Positions 37,233 to 51,124 of a stretch of DNA of 64,000 nt are shown one piece after another. Origin of the DNA: Mobula hypostoma (taxonomy: Eukaryota); NCBI RefSeq assembly GCF_963921235.1, contig NC_086108.1:110238001-110302000 (forward strand), written 5' to 3'. How positions within the stretch are numbered: position 1 is the first letter of the stretch; each line of letters begins with the position of its first letter. The translations under genes were made by a program, and so were the position numbers. Below the pieces are notes generated by a model. That model did not search any database and was not told where the DNA came from. It worked only from the letters and a program-made list of their open reading frames with translations.

Positions 37233-37643
37233 CACCAACAGGACCACAGCCTTGTCTTGATTTGGAGACTTGGGTGTCTCAAAAACTTGGAGAGCTATGC
37301 TGGCTGGAGTCAAAGCTTTACGCTTTGGCTTTTGATAGGGTCACCCATGCCAAGCAATCAAATGGTAAGAACCAGACTAAAGGTGGCCTACTAGTCCTCG
37401 AGGTTTTGGGGGTTCAGCTCAGGGCTAACAACCCTGACTGGGGTGAAAACAAAACTGGAACAGCAATCTTTCTACATCTGAGTGCCACGGTATTCCTGAG
37501 TCTCCATCTGACACTTGCATGACTGACAATAGTGAAAGCGAGAATAAGCTACTAACATGATAACGGAAGCCCTGAACACCCCCCAAAAATAGAGATTCTT
37601 CATTACTGCCCCAAATGCTAGCAGTGTAACAGGCAGTAAGTAC
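37233..37643 (+). mobile_element. Non-autonomous bipartite RTE-like element, family B, inserted in a CR1 tail
   Basis: 10-bp TSD CTATCCAAAC at 37223-37232 and 37644-37653; RTE-type 5' UTR motifs (GAGAGCTATG, GGGTCACCCATGCC, GGGCTAACAACCCTG); 3' end FITAPNASSVTGSK. Confidence 0.65.
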
Positions 37644-38509
37644 CTATCCAAACTTCTCTTAAATGTTGAAATTGAACCCGCCTCTACCAATTCCACTGGT
37701 AGCTCGTTCTGCACTCTCACCACCCTCTCGTGAAAAAGTTTCCCCTTGTGTTCCTGTTAAATATTTCACCCTTCACTCAACCCATGTCCTCAAAATCTAA
37801 TCTTGCCCAATAAGAATCATGCTGAAACATGAAATTGAGTTAAGTCTTTAAATCTTCAGTATTAACGCTCTCTCAATGGAGCTATTTTGGTTCCTATTGT
37901 TGTGGTTTAATGCTGTTTGTTTAATGTGTAATGTCATTTTCCAGTACACAAATGTAAAGGAAAACGATTCGAAGCAGTACAAAAAAAACAATAAGCTTTA
38001 AAAAAAACACTAAATAAATACTTCAGATAGAATGCATAAGCAGTTTCAATTGCAGTAAAGCAGAGTTTCAAGTATTTAAAGTGCTTTGCATCTGAGTGTA
38101 AGGAAACATCTGAAACTGTAAGCCTTTATTGTTTCCTGAAAAATCATTATGGATCACCATAAGATTGTTTTGTTTTCTTCACGGTGGCATCAAGATTTTG
38201 TCTGGGAGCAATTAAAATTAATTGTTAGGAGCTGAATGATGACAGGGAGGCCTATAATTAATGGGATTATATAGTGTAGTGAAGGAGGTAATAACTAAAA
38301 ATGCATCTAAAATGGAAATTATTTTAAGAATATAAGGTTTCAGTATTGTGAGCAAACTTTATTCGATCATTGACTCTTGAAGAGCACATTTTTAGTGGGC
38401 CCCTGAGATTGTGAAATTTGGATTCAAATTCATGTTCAGAGTCGTGTTTATGTTTGTTATCACTGATATATCGTGAAATTTGTTTGGTGCATTGCAGTGC
38501 AATACCATA

Positions 38510-41500
38510 GCATAGTAATGGGGGATAAAGAAAGGGCATATGAACTTAATGGGTACTTTGCATCAGTCTTCACTGCAGAAGATACTAGAAGTCTCCCAGA
38601 GGTCTGTGAGTGTCAGGGAGCAGGAGTAAATGCCATTGGTTTTACAGTGGAAAAAGTGCTAGGCAAACTCAAAGGTCTTAAGGTGGATAAATCACCTGGA
38701 CCAGATGGACTACATCCCAGAGTCCTGAGAGAAGTTGCTGAATAGATAACGGATCTATTGGTCATGATCTTTCAAGAGTCATTCGATCCTGGCCTGGTCC
38801 CAGAGGACTAGAAGATTACAAATGTCTTTCCACTCTTTAAGAAGGGAAGAAGTCAAAAGAAAGGAATTATAGGCCAGTTAGCTTAACCTCATTGTTTGGG
38901 AAAGTGTTGGAGTCTATTATTAAGGATGATATTTCAGGTTATTTGGTAGACTAATGATAAAATTCAGCATGGTTTCTGTAAGGGGAAATCTTGCCTGATA
39001 AATCTGTAATTTTGTAGAAGTAACAAGCAGGGTGGACAAAGGAAAGGCAGTGGATGTCATTTACTTGGATTTTCAGAAGCTATTTGATAAGGTGCCACAC
39101 ACGAGGCTGCTTAATAGGATAAAATCCTGTGGCGTGACAGGAAAGATATTGGCATGGATAGAGGAATGAGTGGGAATAAAGGGGACCATTCCAGCTTTTC
39201 ACATCGTTTGCCAAGAATGCCTACCGTGCCATTCCACGCCCTCACTTTGGGAAGTCTGATCACCTAGCTGTACTTCTACTCTCTGAGTATAGACAGAGAC
39301 TGAAGACTGCAACACCAGCAGTGAGGACCAAGGAGGTATGGACAAGGGAAGCACAGGAGTGCCTACAGGACTGCTTTGAATTGGTGGACTGGACTGTATT
39401 CAGGGATTCATCTTCGAACCTGGATGAATATGCTGCAGTTGTTACCGACTTCATTAAAACCTGTGTGGATGAGTGTGTGCCCACAAAAATTTACTGTACA
39501 TTCTCAAATCAAACACCGTGGATGAACAAGGAAGTACATCGTCTGCTGAAGGCTAGATCTGTGGCATTTAAGTCTGGCAACCCAGGCCTGTACTAGAAAA
39601 CCAGGTATGATTTGCAGAGGGCTATTTCAAGGACAAAGAGACAATTTTGAACGAGGTTGAAGGAAACGTCCAATGCATGGCAACTCTGACAGGGTTTGCA
39701 AGATATTACTTCCGACAGAGCAAAACCTAATAGCATGAATGGCAGCGATGCTTCACTACCAGATGAACTCAACGCCTTCAATGCAGGCTTTGAAAGGGAG
39801 AACACAACTATAGCTGTGAAGATCCCTGCTGCATTTGATGACCCCTGTGATCTGGATCTCAGAGTCCGATGTTAGGCTGTCTGTAAAGGGAGTGAACCCT
39901 CACAAGGGAGAATGTCCCGATGGAATACCTGGTAAAGCTCTGAAAACCTGTGCCAACCAACTAGCAGGAGTAGTCAAGGACATTTTCAACCTCTCACTGC
40001 TACGAGAAGAAGTTCCACTTGCTTCAAAAAGGCAACAATTATACCAGTGCCTAAGAAGAATAATGTGGGCTGTCTTAATGACTATCGCCCGGTAGCACTC
40101 ACGTCAGCAGTGATGAAATGCTTTGAGAGGTTGGTCATGACTAGACTGAACTCCTGCCTCAGCAAGGACCTAAACCCATTGCAGTTTGTCTAGCGCCACA
40201 ATAGGTCAACAGCAGACGCAATCTTAATAACTATCCATACAGCTTTAGACCATCTAGACAACAGAAACACCTATGTCAGGATGCTGTTCATGGACTGTAG
40301 CTCAGCATTTAATACCATCATTCCTACAATACTGATTGAGAAGTTGCAGAATCTGGGCCTCTGTACCTCCCTTTGCAGTTGGATACTAGACTTCCTAACT
40401 GGAAGGCCACAATCTGTGTGGATGCTGATAACATCTCCTCCTTGCTGACGATCAACACTGGCGAACCTCAGGGGTGTGTGCTTAGCCTCTGCTCTGCCCT
40501 CTATATACACATGACTGTGTGGCTAGGCATACCTCAAATACCATCCATAAATTTGCTGTTGAAACAACCATTGTTAGTAGAATCTCAGGTGGTGACGAGA
40601 GGTCATACAGGAGGGAGATATACCAACTCGTGGAATGGTGCCGCAGCAACAACCTGGCACTCAATGTTAGTAATAAAAAGAGCTGATTGTGGAATTCCAG
40701 AAGGGTAAGACAAAGGAACATATACCAATCCTCATAGAGGGATCAGAAGTGGAGAGAGTGAGCAGCTTCAAGTTCCTCATTGTCAAGATCTTTGAGAATC
40801 TAACCTGGTTATAAAGAAGGCAAGACAGCGGCTATACTTTATTAGGAATTTGAAGAGATTTGGCATGTCAACAAATACACTCAAAAGCTTCTATAGTTGT
40901 ACCGTGGAGAGCATCCTGACAGGCTGCAGCACTGTCTGGTATGGAGGGGCTACTGCACAGGACCAAAAGAAGCTGCAGAGGGTTGTAAATCTAGTCAGCT
41001 CCATCTTGGGCACTAGCCTACAAAGTACCCAGGACATCTTAAGGTAGCAAAAGGCAGAAAGGCAGCATCCATTATTAAGGACCTCCAGCACCCAGGACAT
41101 GTCCTTTTCTCACTGCTACCATCAGGTAGGAGGTACTGAAGCCTGAAGGCACACACTCAGCAATTCAGGAACAGCTTCTTCCCCTCTGCCATCTGATTCC
41201 TAAATGGACATTGAATCTTTGGACACTACCTCACTTTAAAAAAAAAAATACAATATTTCTGTTTTTGCACGGTTTTTAATATATTCAATGTACGTAGTTG
41301 ATTTGCTTGTTTGTTTATTATTTTTGTTATTGTTATTTTATTTGTTATCATTTATTTATTTTTTCTCTGTTAGATTGTATTGCATTGAACTGCTGCTGCT
41401 AAGTTAACAAATTTCACATCACAAGCCGGTGATAATAAACCTGTTTCTGATTTAAATAGTGGAATTGATGGCTTTATGGCAAAGTTTGTGGATGATGTGA

Positions 41501-42178
41501 AGTTTGTGAAGATAGGTGGAGGGGTAGGTAGTGCTGAGGAAGCAATGCGATTGCAGCAGGATTTCGTCAAATTGGAAGAATGGGCAAAATAGTAGCAGAT
41601 GGAATACAGTGTTGGTAAATGTACGATGATGCGTTTTGGCAAAAGGAACAATAGTGCAGACAATTATCTAAATGAGGAAGAAGATTCAAACATCAGAGGT
41701 ACAGAAGGACTTCGAAGCCCTTGTGCAAGACTTCCTAACAATTAATTTGGCTGATTTGGGTCTCTTCTCACTGGAATTTAGAAGAATGTGTGGTGATATC
41801 ATTGAAACCTACCGAATGTTGAAAGAACTAGGTCGGGTGGAGGTGGAGAGGATGTTACCTGTGGTGGGGGTATCCAGAATTGGAGAGCACAGTCTCAAAA
41901 TTGGGGGGCAACCTTTCACAACAGAGGTGAAGGGGAATTTTTTTAGCCAGAAAGTAGTAAATCTGTGGAATGCTCTGCCATAGACTGCAGTGGAGGCCAA
42001 GTCCATGGGTATATTTAAGGTGAAAGATGATAGTTTCCCAATCAGTCAGGGCATTGAATGATATGGTGAGAAGGCATGTGCATGGGGTTGAGTGGGATCT
42101 GGAACTACCATGATGGAATGGTGGAGCAGACTCACTGGCTGAATGACCTAATTCTGCTCCTGTGTCTTATGGTCTTAT
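38510..42178 (+). mobile_element. CR1 RT/3' fragment split by a Rex1/Babar insertion
   Basis: KSPGPDGLHPRVL before about 39190; resumes at about 41453 with GIDGFMAKFVDD and runs to a CR1 tail. Confidence 0.85.
39190..41452 (+). mobile_element. Rex1/Babar LINE, 2.3-kb 5'-truncated copy
   Basis: PRPHFGKSDH (EN end), [37 protein letters not shown]; tail ATAATAAACCTGTTTCTGA. Confidence 0.9.
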
Positions 42179-42425
42179 GGTAGTGGTTAGCACACCACTA
42201 TTACAGCTCTGGGATAGCAGAGTTCACTTCCAGCATCGTCGAAGGAAGTTTGGGTTTCCTCAGGGTGCTCTGGTTTCTTCCCACAGTTCAAAGACATACT
42301 GGTTAGTACATAAGTTAGTTGGTCATTGTAAATTATGCTATGATTAGCCTAAGGTTAAATAAATGGGCTGTTGAGCAGTGCGACTCATTGGAGTGAAAGG
42401 ACCTGTTCTGTGCTGTATCTCTAAA
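42178..42425 (+). mobile_element. V-domain tRNA-SINE
   Basis: TAGTGGTTAGCAC A-box-like head; GGGTTTCCTCAGGGTGCTCTGGTTTCTTCCCACAG. Confidence 0.7.
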
Positions 42426-42437
42426 TAGTGATTGTGG

Positions 42438-42945
42438 GCTCTCATTGGTCAGGATCAACCATGGACGTTGCATAATAGCTATCTGGATATGCAAGTACGA
42501 TATGGAGAGCAAGCTGTTGCTCCACGCATCTGAAACCCAAAGGAACTGTAGGGACCAATACAGTTTGGTACCAGCAGCATCGCAGGAGTTGCCAGTCAGC
42601 GTTGAACTTAACATAGGACTGCCTAAGGGACTCCAGCTCCTGATTTTTCCCTCTGGGTTTAGTCCTGGTTCCTTCCCCATGAGTGGGTTTGAGATCAGAG
42701 TTTTCCTTCTGGGTGATCAGCCAACCGCTGACAAGCCCCATCTGGTTTTAAGGTGCCAGTAACCCATTTCTGCCCCTTCTCCTGTCAGTAGTAACTGTTC
42801 ACCCAGGCTTAGTAGTTAAGCCACATGTGAAGGTCGGGAGCTGGACTTGGTTTTCAGAGGCTATGTGTGAGACACGCCATTGGGAGCATTTAATAGATAG
42901 TGGGAGCTTGTCTCTATTACCACTCCAGGTTATAACAATCTTGAG
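42438..42945 (-). mobile_element. Non-autonomous RTE-like element, family A
   Basis: Homologous to 32557-33085. Confidence 0.6.
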
Positions 42946-44247
42946 GAACCAATAAATAAATACATTAAAAATTACTAAGTTGCAATAAGAAATATATTTA
43001 AAAAGTTAGTGGTGCAAAAAGAGCAAAATAGTGAGCGTAGTGTTCATGGATTCATAGACTGTTCATAAATTTGGTGGTGGAGGGGAAAAAGCTGTTCCTA
43101 AAACATTGTTTGTTTTCAAGCTGTTATACCCTCCTACCTGTTGGTAGTAATGAGAAGAGGGTATGTCCTCCGGTGGAGGGGGGGGCGGGGTCGACCTTAA
43201 TGATGGATGCTGTCTTTGAGGCGTCACCTTTTGAAGATATCCTCAGTGGCTCTTCACAATCCTCCCAATCGGCAATAGAGTGTGTGATTTTTTTTTATTG
43301 GTTAGCAGAAAGTATGTTGTTCAAGTTGTCCTTCATCTTGTGACAGCTTGGATCAGTAACAGGTCATTGGCTGCAGTTGAGGTCCAGACTGAGGTTCTGA
43401 GCTTGTCCTGCTCTGACATTCACTTGATTATACTTTACAGCAAAGCTGAAAGGGATGTTGAGGGAAACCTCTTGGAAGTAAATAAACAGTCAGAGTTTCA
43501 GGCCAGTACCCTTCTTCAGGATTGGAAAGAAAGGGGGAAGATGCCAGAATAAAAAAAGGTGCGGGGAAGGGAATGAGGACTGCCGAGAAGATGATAGAAT
43601 GGTGAAAAATCACCTCTTCGTTCAAGTGTACAGTGGTATGATTCAGCAAGATGACACAAAGCCATCAATTCCGTCATCTAAATCATTAACATGATAGTTG
43701 AAAAGCAGTCCCAACACTGACATTTGCATAACGCCACTGATCACTGGCAGTCAATCAGAAAAGACCCCATTTGTTCCCATTCTTTGCCTCCTGCCAGTAA
43801 GCCAAACTTCTATCCATGCTAGTAACTATCTTCTAATATGATGGGCTGTTAGCTTGTGTGCCAGGCTCACGTGCAATTCCCTGTCAGAAGCCTTCTGCAA
43901 ATTCAAGTAAACAACATCCACTGACTCTCCTTTGTCTATTTTATTTGTTATTTCCTCAGAGTTCCTACAAATCAGTAAGACAACATTTCCTCTGAAGGAA
44001 ACCATGCCAACATTGGCCTACTTTGTCACGTGCCCCAATTGCCCTGAAACCTCATCCTTAATAATGGACTCCCAGCATCTTTCTAAATCTGCTCCAATGT
44101 CTTATAGTTACCATAGCCAAGGTCCGGAATTTTCTTTATTGGGTGTTTTCACATAGGTTGAGTAGTGTGTCGGGTATCACAGAGGATTTCAGAATTTCAG
44201 CATACTGTGTTACTTTGGACTGAAACCCTATCCCCACCTGCTCTGTC

Positions 44248-45655
44248 TCAAGGAGAAACCGGGGAATTATAGACCGGTTAACCTGACATTGGTGGTGGGG
44301 AAACTGCTAGAGTCAGTCATCAAAGATGTGATAACAGCACATTTGGAAAGCGGTGAAATCATCGGACAAAGTCAGCATGGATTTGTGAAAGGAAAATCAT
44401 GTCTGACGAAGTTCATAGAATTTTTTGAGGATGTAACTAGTAGAGTGGATAGGGGAGAACCAGTGGATGTGGTATATTTGGATTTTCAAAAGGCTTTTGA
44501 CAAGGTCCCACACAGGAGATTAGTGTGCAAACTTAAAGCACACGGTATAGGGTTAAGGTATTGATGTGGATAGAGAATTGGTTGGCAGACAGGAAGCAAA
44601 GAGTGGGAATAAACGGGACCTTTTCAGAATGGCAGGCAGTGACTAGTGGGGTACCGCAAGGCTCAGTGCTGGGACCCCAGTTGTTTACAATATATATTAA
44701 TGACTTGAATGAGGAATTAAATGCAGCATCTCCAAGTTTGCGGATGACGCGAAGCTGGGCGGCAGTGTTAGCTGTGAGGAGGATGCTAAGAGGATGCAGG
44801 GTGTTAGGTGAGTGGGCAAATTCATGGCAGATGCAATTTAATATGGATAAATGTGAAGTTATCCACTTTGGTGGCAAAAACAGGAAAACAGATTATTATC
44901 TGAATGGTGGCCGATTAGGAAAAGGGCAGGTGCAACGAGACCTGGGTGTCATTATACACCAGTCATTGAAAGTGGGCATGCAGGTACAGCAGGCGGTGAA
45001 AACGGCGAATGGTATGCTGGCATTTATAGCAAGAGGATTCGAGAACAGGAGCAGGGAGGTACTACTGCAGTTGTACAAGGCCTTGGTGAGACCACACCTG
45101 GAGTATTGTGTGCAGTTTTGGTCCCCTAATCTGAAGAAAGACATCCTTGCCATAGAGGGAGTACAAAGAAGGTTCACCAGATTGATTCCTGGGATGGCAG
45201 GACTTTCATATGATGAAAGACTGGATGAACTAGGCTTATACTCATTGGAATTTAGAAGATTGAGGGGGGATCTTATTGAAACGTATAAAATCCTAAAGGG
45301 ATTGGACAGGCTAGATGCAGGAAGATTGTTCCCGATGTTGGGGAAGTCCAGAATGAGGGGTCACAGTTTGAGGATAATGGGGAAGCCTTTTAGGACGAAG
45401 ATTAGGAAAAAACTTCTTCACACAGAGAGTGGTGAATCTGTGGAATTCTCTGCCACAGGAAGCAGTTGAGGCCAGTTCATTGGCTATATTTAAGAGGGAA
45501 TTAGATATGGCCCTTGTGGCAAAGGGATCGGGGGTATGGAGGGAAGGCTGGTACAGGGTTCTGAGTTGGATGATCAGCCATGATCATACTGAATGGCGGT
45601 GCAGGCTCGAAGGGCCGAATGGCCTACTCCTGCACCTGTTTTCTATGTTTCTATG
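44248..45655 (+). mobile_element. Relatively young 5'-truncated CR1
   Basis: ORFs 44289-44564 and 44561-45469 (YLDFQKAFDKVPH, VPQGSVLGP); tail TTTCTATGTTTCTATG. Confidence 0.92.
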
Positions 45656-47254
45656 ATCCCTACTCCATTATTGTTGGATATATTTAAAGTGGATATTGAT
45701 AGACTCTTGATTAGCAAGGGCATCAAAGATTTTGGTAAGATGCTGGGCGAATGCGGTTGAGAGGGATAATGCTGTCAGTGGCCACTCTGTTTGGTATCTC
45801 CTGTGGTGTCCTGCTGCTGCAGCCCATCCACTTCAAGGTTTGATGTGCTGTGCGTTCAGCAGTACTCTACCTCACACCACTGTTATAACGTGGTTATTTC
45901 AGTACTGTTGCATTTCTATCAAAACAGGGATCATGTGGTAGTGTTCATGGACGGTTCCGAAATTTGATGGAGAAGAAGCTGTTCCTAAATACATACTGCC
46001 AGGGTAACAGTTGACACAGATCAGATGAATATTCAGAAGGGAGCAAGAACGAGAGAATGAGGATCAAGGGAGTGGGATTAATTAGATAACACTTGGGTGG
46101 AGCCGGTACATCCTCCTGTTCTTTAACAGTTATGTCTGTATATAGAGTTTGATAATAAGTTTACTTTGAAATTGAGTGGGGGAGGGGGTGAAATTAACCT
46201 GGGATTAAATATTGATCATCGTTCTTCATTGGCTTCTGTGTGTTGTGAGAATCGTAGATGAAACCTAGAAATGGGCATTGATTTGTAAGTCTTGCAAAAG
46301 GTCGAACAATTGGAAAATATCACAGGATATCTGCTGGCACCTAAACAGGAATCTTCATCTTTCAGAGAGAAAAGATTTTGAGAAAAAAGCCTAGTAGTTT
46401 ATCATCTTTATGACTGGTGTAAACGTGGGCTATGAATATTTCTGAAGTATTTTCAGAAAGTTCTGTGGTTTCTCACAGGCTCACACACAGGAAGTATTGT
46501 TTTAGCTTAAACTTTTCCACTTTCAGACTTTTTAAAAAATAAATTGATGTTCAGAGATTTCAACCTTTAGAATAGTTTTAAAATCAAAAAAAATTTGAAC
46601 CTGATTGATAAAAATAGATTTTTAAATGAACTTAAGTGGACATTATGGATTGATACTGTTTCACGTCAACAGGAAAGTGCAGAAGTAGCTCGGCGCGTGG
46701 TCAAACTGCTGATTGGAGTGGCAATCTTTTGGTTACAGACAGGAAGTTTGCTCAATTTAGACCCCAGCTACTTTTAGAATTGTAATGTGCAACATATTTG
46801 GTACAGTTATTAATTGTTATAAAAGCCTTTAATGTGACCCAAAGAGGCAGATGGCCCAACCAAAGGATCAGATCGGTTGCCAGTCCACAGGGCCAGAGTC
46901 ATGCAAAACTTCATCAGCTCTGGTTAAATTGGAAGTCTTAGCAAGTAGAATTTTTCACAGACAAAAGGTGCCTACTGCCGAACAAAATCAGTATGTGGAA
47001 ATTGATGGTGTCTGTGTCTCTGGATATACTCTCCTTTGGGATAATTGTAGTAAGTTTACATTTATATCTAATGTTTCTGTATAAAATCGCCTAAAATATG
47101 GTATATAACTGTGGTTAAGCCTTGCTGCTACTGAATTACCCTTCAGACTTATTTGTGTTCAAAGTTTGTTCTATCAACATCTTTAGGCCATTGTACAGGG
47201 GAACGAATCAGTATATTTCAGCCACATGCGGAAAATGCTGGAGGGACTAACATG

Positions 47255-47617
47255 TCAAACCTATCGAATATTGAAAGTCCCAGATAGAGTGGATGTGGTT
47301 AAGATGTTTTCTATAGTGGGGGGGGGGTTTAGGACCAGAGGGTAGAACCACAGAATAGAGGGGCATTCATTTAGAACAGAGATGAAGAGGAACTTTAGCT
47401 GAAGGTTAGTGAATCTGTGGAATTCATTGCTGTGGAGGCCAACTCACTGGGTGTATTTAAAGTGGAGGTTGATAACTTGATTAGCCAGAGCGTCAGAGGT
47501 TAAGTAGAGAAAGCAGAAAAGTGGGGTTAAGTGGGATAATAAATCAGCCGTGATAGAATGGCAGAACAAACTCAATGCGTTGAATGGCTTAATTCTGCTC
47601 CTACGTCTTATGGTCTT
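47255..47617 (+). mobile_element. CR1 3' fragment
   Basis: GTGAATCTGTGGAATTC and (TCTTATGG) tail. Confidence 0.75.
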
Positions 47618-48416
47618 ATTGATGGAGGGAAGCTAACTGTTGATATTTTGGATTGAGACCCTCAAGATCCAATGTTCACCCTCCCACATCGTTTCCTCTC
47701 TTGCTAAAAGTCCTCCTGATATGTTACTCAATTCCATGCGTAGTTGTGATGGAAGCAGACTAACATGCAGCAAAAAGCACTGGTAACGTGTAATATTTCT
47801 TTGTGTACAGTTTCACCAGCAGTCATTAACAAACAAGTAAATGAGCTGTTCTTATTTTTCTCCATCTCAGAATCTGAATCAGATTTATTATCAATGGCAT
47901 ATGTCATGAGATTTGCAGCAGCAATACAGTACAGTATTTTTTTTTTAAAGTGTGTTCCACGCACCCACCAGTCTCTGTGTAAACAAACCTACCTCTGACA
48001 TAGACTTTTCCTCCAATCAACTTAAAATTATGCCCCCTCATATTAGGCATTTCTGTTCGGGGGTGGGGGGAGTAGCTGGCTGTACCCCTCATCTTTTACT
48101 CCTCCTCAATTCACTTCTCATCCTCCTTAGCCCTGACTCACTCACCCTATCCTCATAAGATATGGTATCCGATCCAGGCACTGCTAAATCTCCTCTGAAC
48201 CCTCCCTTAAGTTTCCACATCCCTCCAGTCCTGGTGATCAGAGCTGAACACAATACTGCAAGCGTGGTCTAGCTGGAGTTTTATAGATCTGTGGTGTTAC
48301 CTTGCGGCTCTGAATTCAATCCCCTAGCTAATGAAGGCCAACATTCCATATGCCGCCTTAACCAGCTTGTGCAGCAAATTTGTGAAAGTGGAACCGGCTT
48401 AACTTTAACCAGTGTT

Positions 48417-48620
48417 AACGATAGGAATTCTGCAGATGCTGGAAATTCAAGCAACACACATCAAAGTTGCTGGTGAACGCAGCAGGCCAGGCAGCATTTC
48501 TAGGAAGAGGTACAGTCGACGTTTCAGGCCGAGACCCTTTGTCAGGACTCCTGACGAAGGGTCTCGGCCTGAAACGTCGACTGTACCTCTTCCTAGAGAT
48601 GCTGCCTGGCCTGCTGTGTT
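48417..48620. mobile_element. Short palindromic Penelope-derived insertion with back-to-back hammerheads
   Basis: 72-bp inverted arms 48476-48547 and 48549-48620; TSD TTTAACCAGTGTT at 48404-48416 and 48619-48631. Confidence 0.85.
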
Positions 48621-49738
48621 TAACCAGTGTTGTTTAATTTATAGTGGCTAAAATGCATTCTATTGTGCTTTACACCATTTTTTTAAAAGTTATTTTGTTA
48701 CATTTTAGTGTAGGGTGCATCATAAGGATTATTGTGAGATTCATTCTCCCCAGTAATCATATACCACAGCTGTATTGCATGTCCCGTACTTAATAGCAAT
48801 GATCCCTAAATGCATGGCTCTTGCCATTGAAAAGCAGGTAGGCAGCATGTAGTAAATTGGTAAACTAGACACATGTACTGAGTTACATGGGGAAAACTTA
48901 CAAACAGTTCAAAATGCATATGTCACCATAAGTAACCCTGAGATTCATTTTCATTTTCTTGGTGGGAATTCACAGTAAATATAAGAAACACAATCCAATT
49001 AGTGAAAGGCCATACCCAACTGGATGGACAAACAATGTGCAAAAGACAAACTACACAAATATGCAAATATGAAAGAAAAAAAATTCATTTCATTATACAG
49101 TGGATTGACATTATAAGGAAAAACAATGCAGTATAATCACTTTACAGCATCTGCGATCACTGATTAGGGATCGATTCCTGCTGCTATCTCTAAGGAGTTT
49201 GTACATTCTCTGAGTGACTGGGTGGGTTTCCTCTGGGTGCTCTGGTTTTCTACCACATTCCAAAGACATACCGGTTAGGGTACAAAAGTTGTGGGCGTGC
49301 TATGCTGGTGCCGAAGCATTGTGATGCTTGTGGGCTGCCCCCTGTGCAATCTTTGCTCATTCGATGCAAACAGCTCATTTAGTGTATGCTTCAATGTGCA
49401 TGTGACAAATAAAGCTCATCTTTAAAATGTTACAGTTAGAAAAGCTGCAGTGCAGACAGACAAGGTGCAAGGCATTGACAAGGTGGATTTTAGAATTAAG
49501 AGTTATTTTTTCCTTACAAGAGGATCATTCAACAGTCTTGTAGCAGGATAAGTGTTCTTCTTGAACCTGGTGGTATGTGCTTTCAGTCTTTTGTATCCTT
49601 TGCTTGATGGAAGGGGGAAGAAGAGGGGATGGGTGGGGTCTTTGATTATGCTGGCTGCTTTACTGAGGCAGCGAGAAGTGTTGACAGAGTCCGTAGAGAG
49701 GAGGCTGGTTTCCATGATAATGCAGAGTTGTGTCCACG

Positions 49739-49743
<5 letters not shown>

Positions 49744-49769
<26 letters not shown>
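49744..49769. repeat. (TG)n microsatellite
   Basis: Directly visible. Confidence 0.95.
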
Positions 49770-51124
49770 ACGCAACCCTAACTCGTATGCCTTTGGAATG
49801 TGGGAGGAAACTGGAGCACCCAGAGGAAATCCACAGGGAAAACATACAAACTCTTTAGAAATGAATCCCAATCGCTGGCACTGTGAAGCGCAGCGCTAAA
49901 TGCTACATTACTATGCTGCCCACAGGTCCTGTTCCTGTACCATACGATGTTCTCTATCTGCTTTATTTCAAGGAGACCAAAAATATCCTGGCTGCTAAAT
50001 GCTTGCCTTTTTGATAATGCTCACATCCCTAAGTGAATACTAAAAAATAAAATCTATTACTATTCAATACTTGGTTTACCTTTTTGGGATGAATTAAAAA
50101 TCCTTGTGGGCTCAACAGTGTAGATGCAGAGCTAAGATGTGTAAAAAATTTGGGTCACAGTTTCAAACTAAGATCAGCCATTCAGAAAAGATTGGAAGAA
50201 ATTTCTGTACCCAGGTTGCTATTTTTTCAGATGTTCGAAGAGCTGAGAAATGTGGAGTTTTTTTTATTTAGAGATACAGCACGGAATAGGTCCATCCAAT
50301 CTTCGAGCTGCACCACTCAGCAACTATCGATTTAACCCTAATCTAATCATGGAACAATATACCATTACCAGTTAGCCTACTAACCAGTGCATCTTTGAAC
50401 TGTGGAAGGAAGCTCACACATTCTACGTGGAGAACGTACAAACTCCTTTCAGAGGATGTCAGGATTGAACTCCAAATTTTGACACCCCAGATAGTGTCAT
50501 GCAAAACTCTGCTACTGTGGCACCCTTGAGTTACCACACAAGAGCATCATAGAGATACAATCAGATGGTTTCTTACTGAATTGGGGAACTAGGCACAAGC
50601 AGCAGATTGGCCTTTACTGCTTTGTTCTTTGCTCAGGTAAAATTGGGTGGGCGATATAAAATAATCAATTTTCGCCCCTACTAAATCTATCAATTGCAGG
50701 TTTGGTTTCATTCATTCACCTTAGAGTGAAGCATTTCCTTGGACACCAGTTTGGGCCATCTTTGTTTTAATTTAGAGCCATTTTAATGAAAAGAACAGAT
50801 GGATTCTGTGGAGGAACTTGTGCATTATTTGCTGTTGTGGTTCGAGGGAAGTTCAGTTACATTTCAGAAATTTGCATGGAATGTGAGGCCATGGAAGGGC
50901 AGAGATGGAAGTTGATAGTTGTCCTTGAAAACATACTTGTTCCAGGTGTAAGAATGTTTTTAAAAAGCTGAGTTTTTCAGAATTGGTAATGTGATGAACA
51001 GTAAAACTTGAGCTCAAATCTTTTTTGAGGACGTTAAATCAGGAATGCTAGCTTTATACTTTATACTTTATTGTCGCCAAACAATTGATACTAGAATGTA
51101 CAATCTGTAGCTTCTGTACTTGGT

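Noticed and set aside
42770..42870. HDV/CPEB3-like ribozyme in the family A 5' region (TTCACATGT loop-like word)
   Set aside because: Could not assign P1/P2/P3 pairing in the required order by eye; left only as a suggested test
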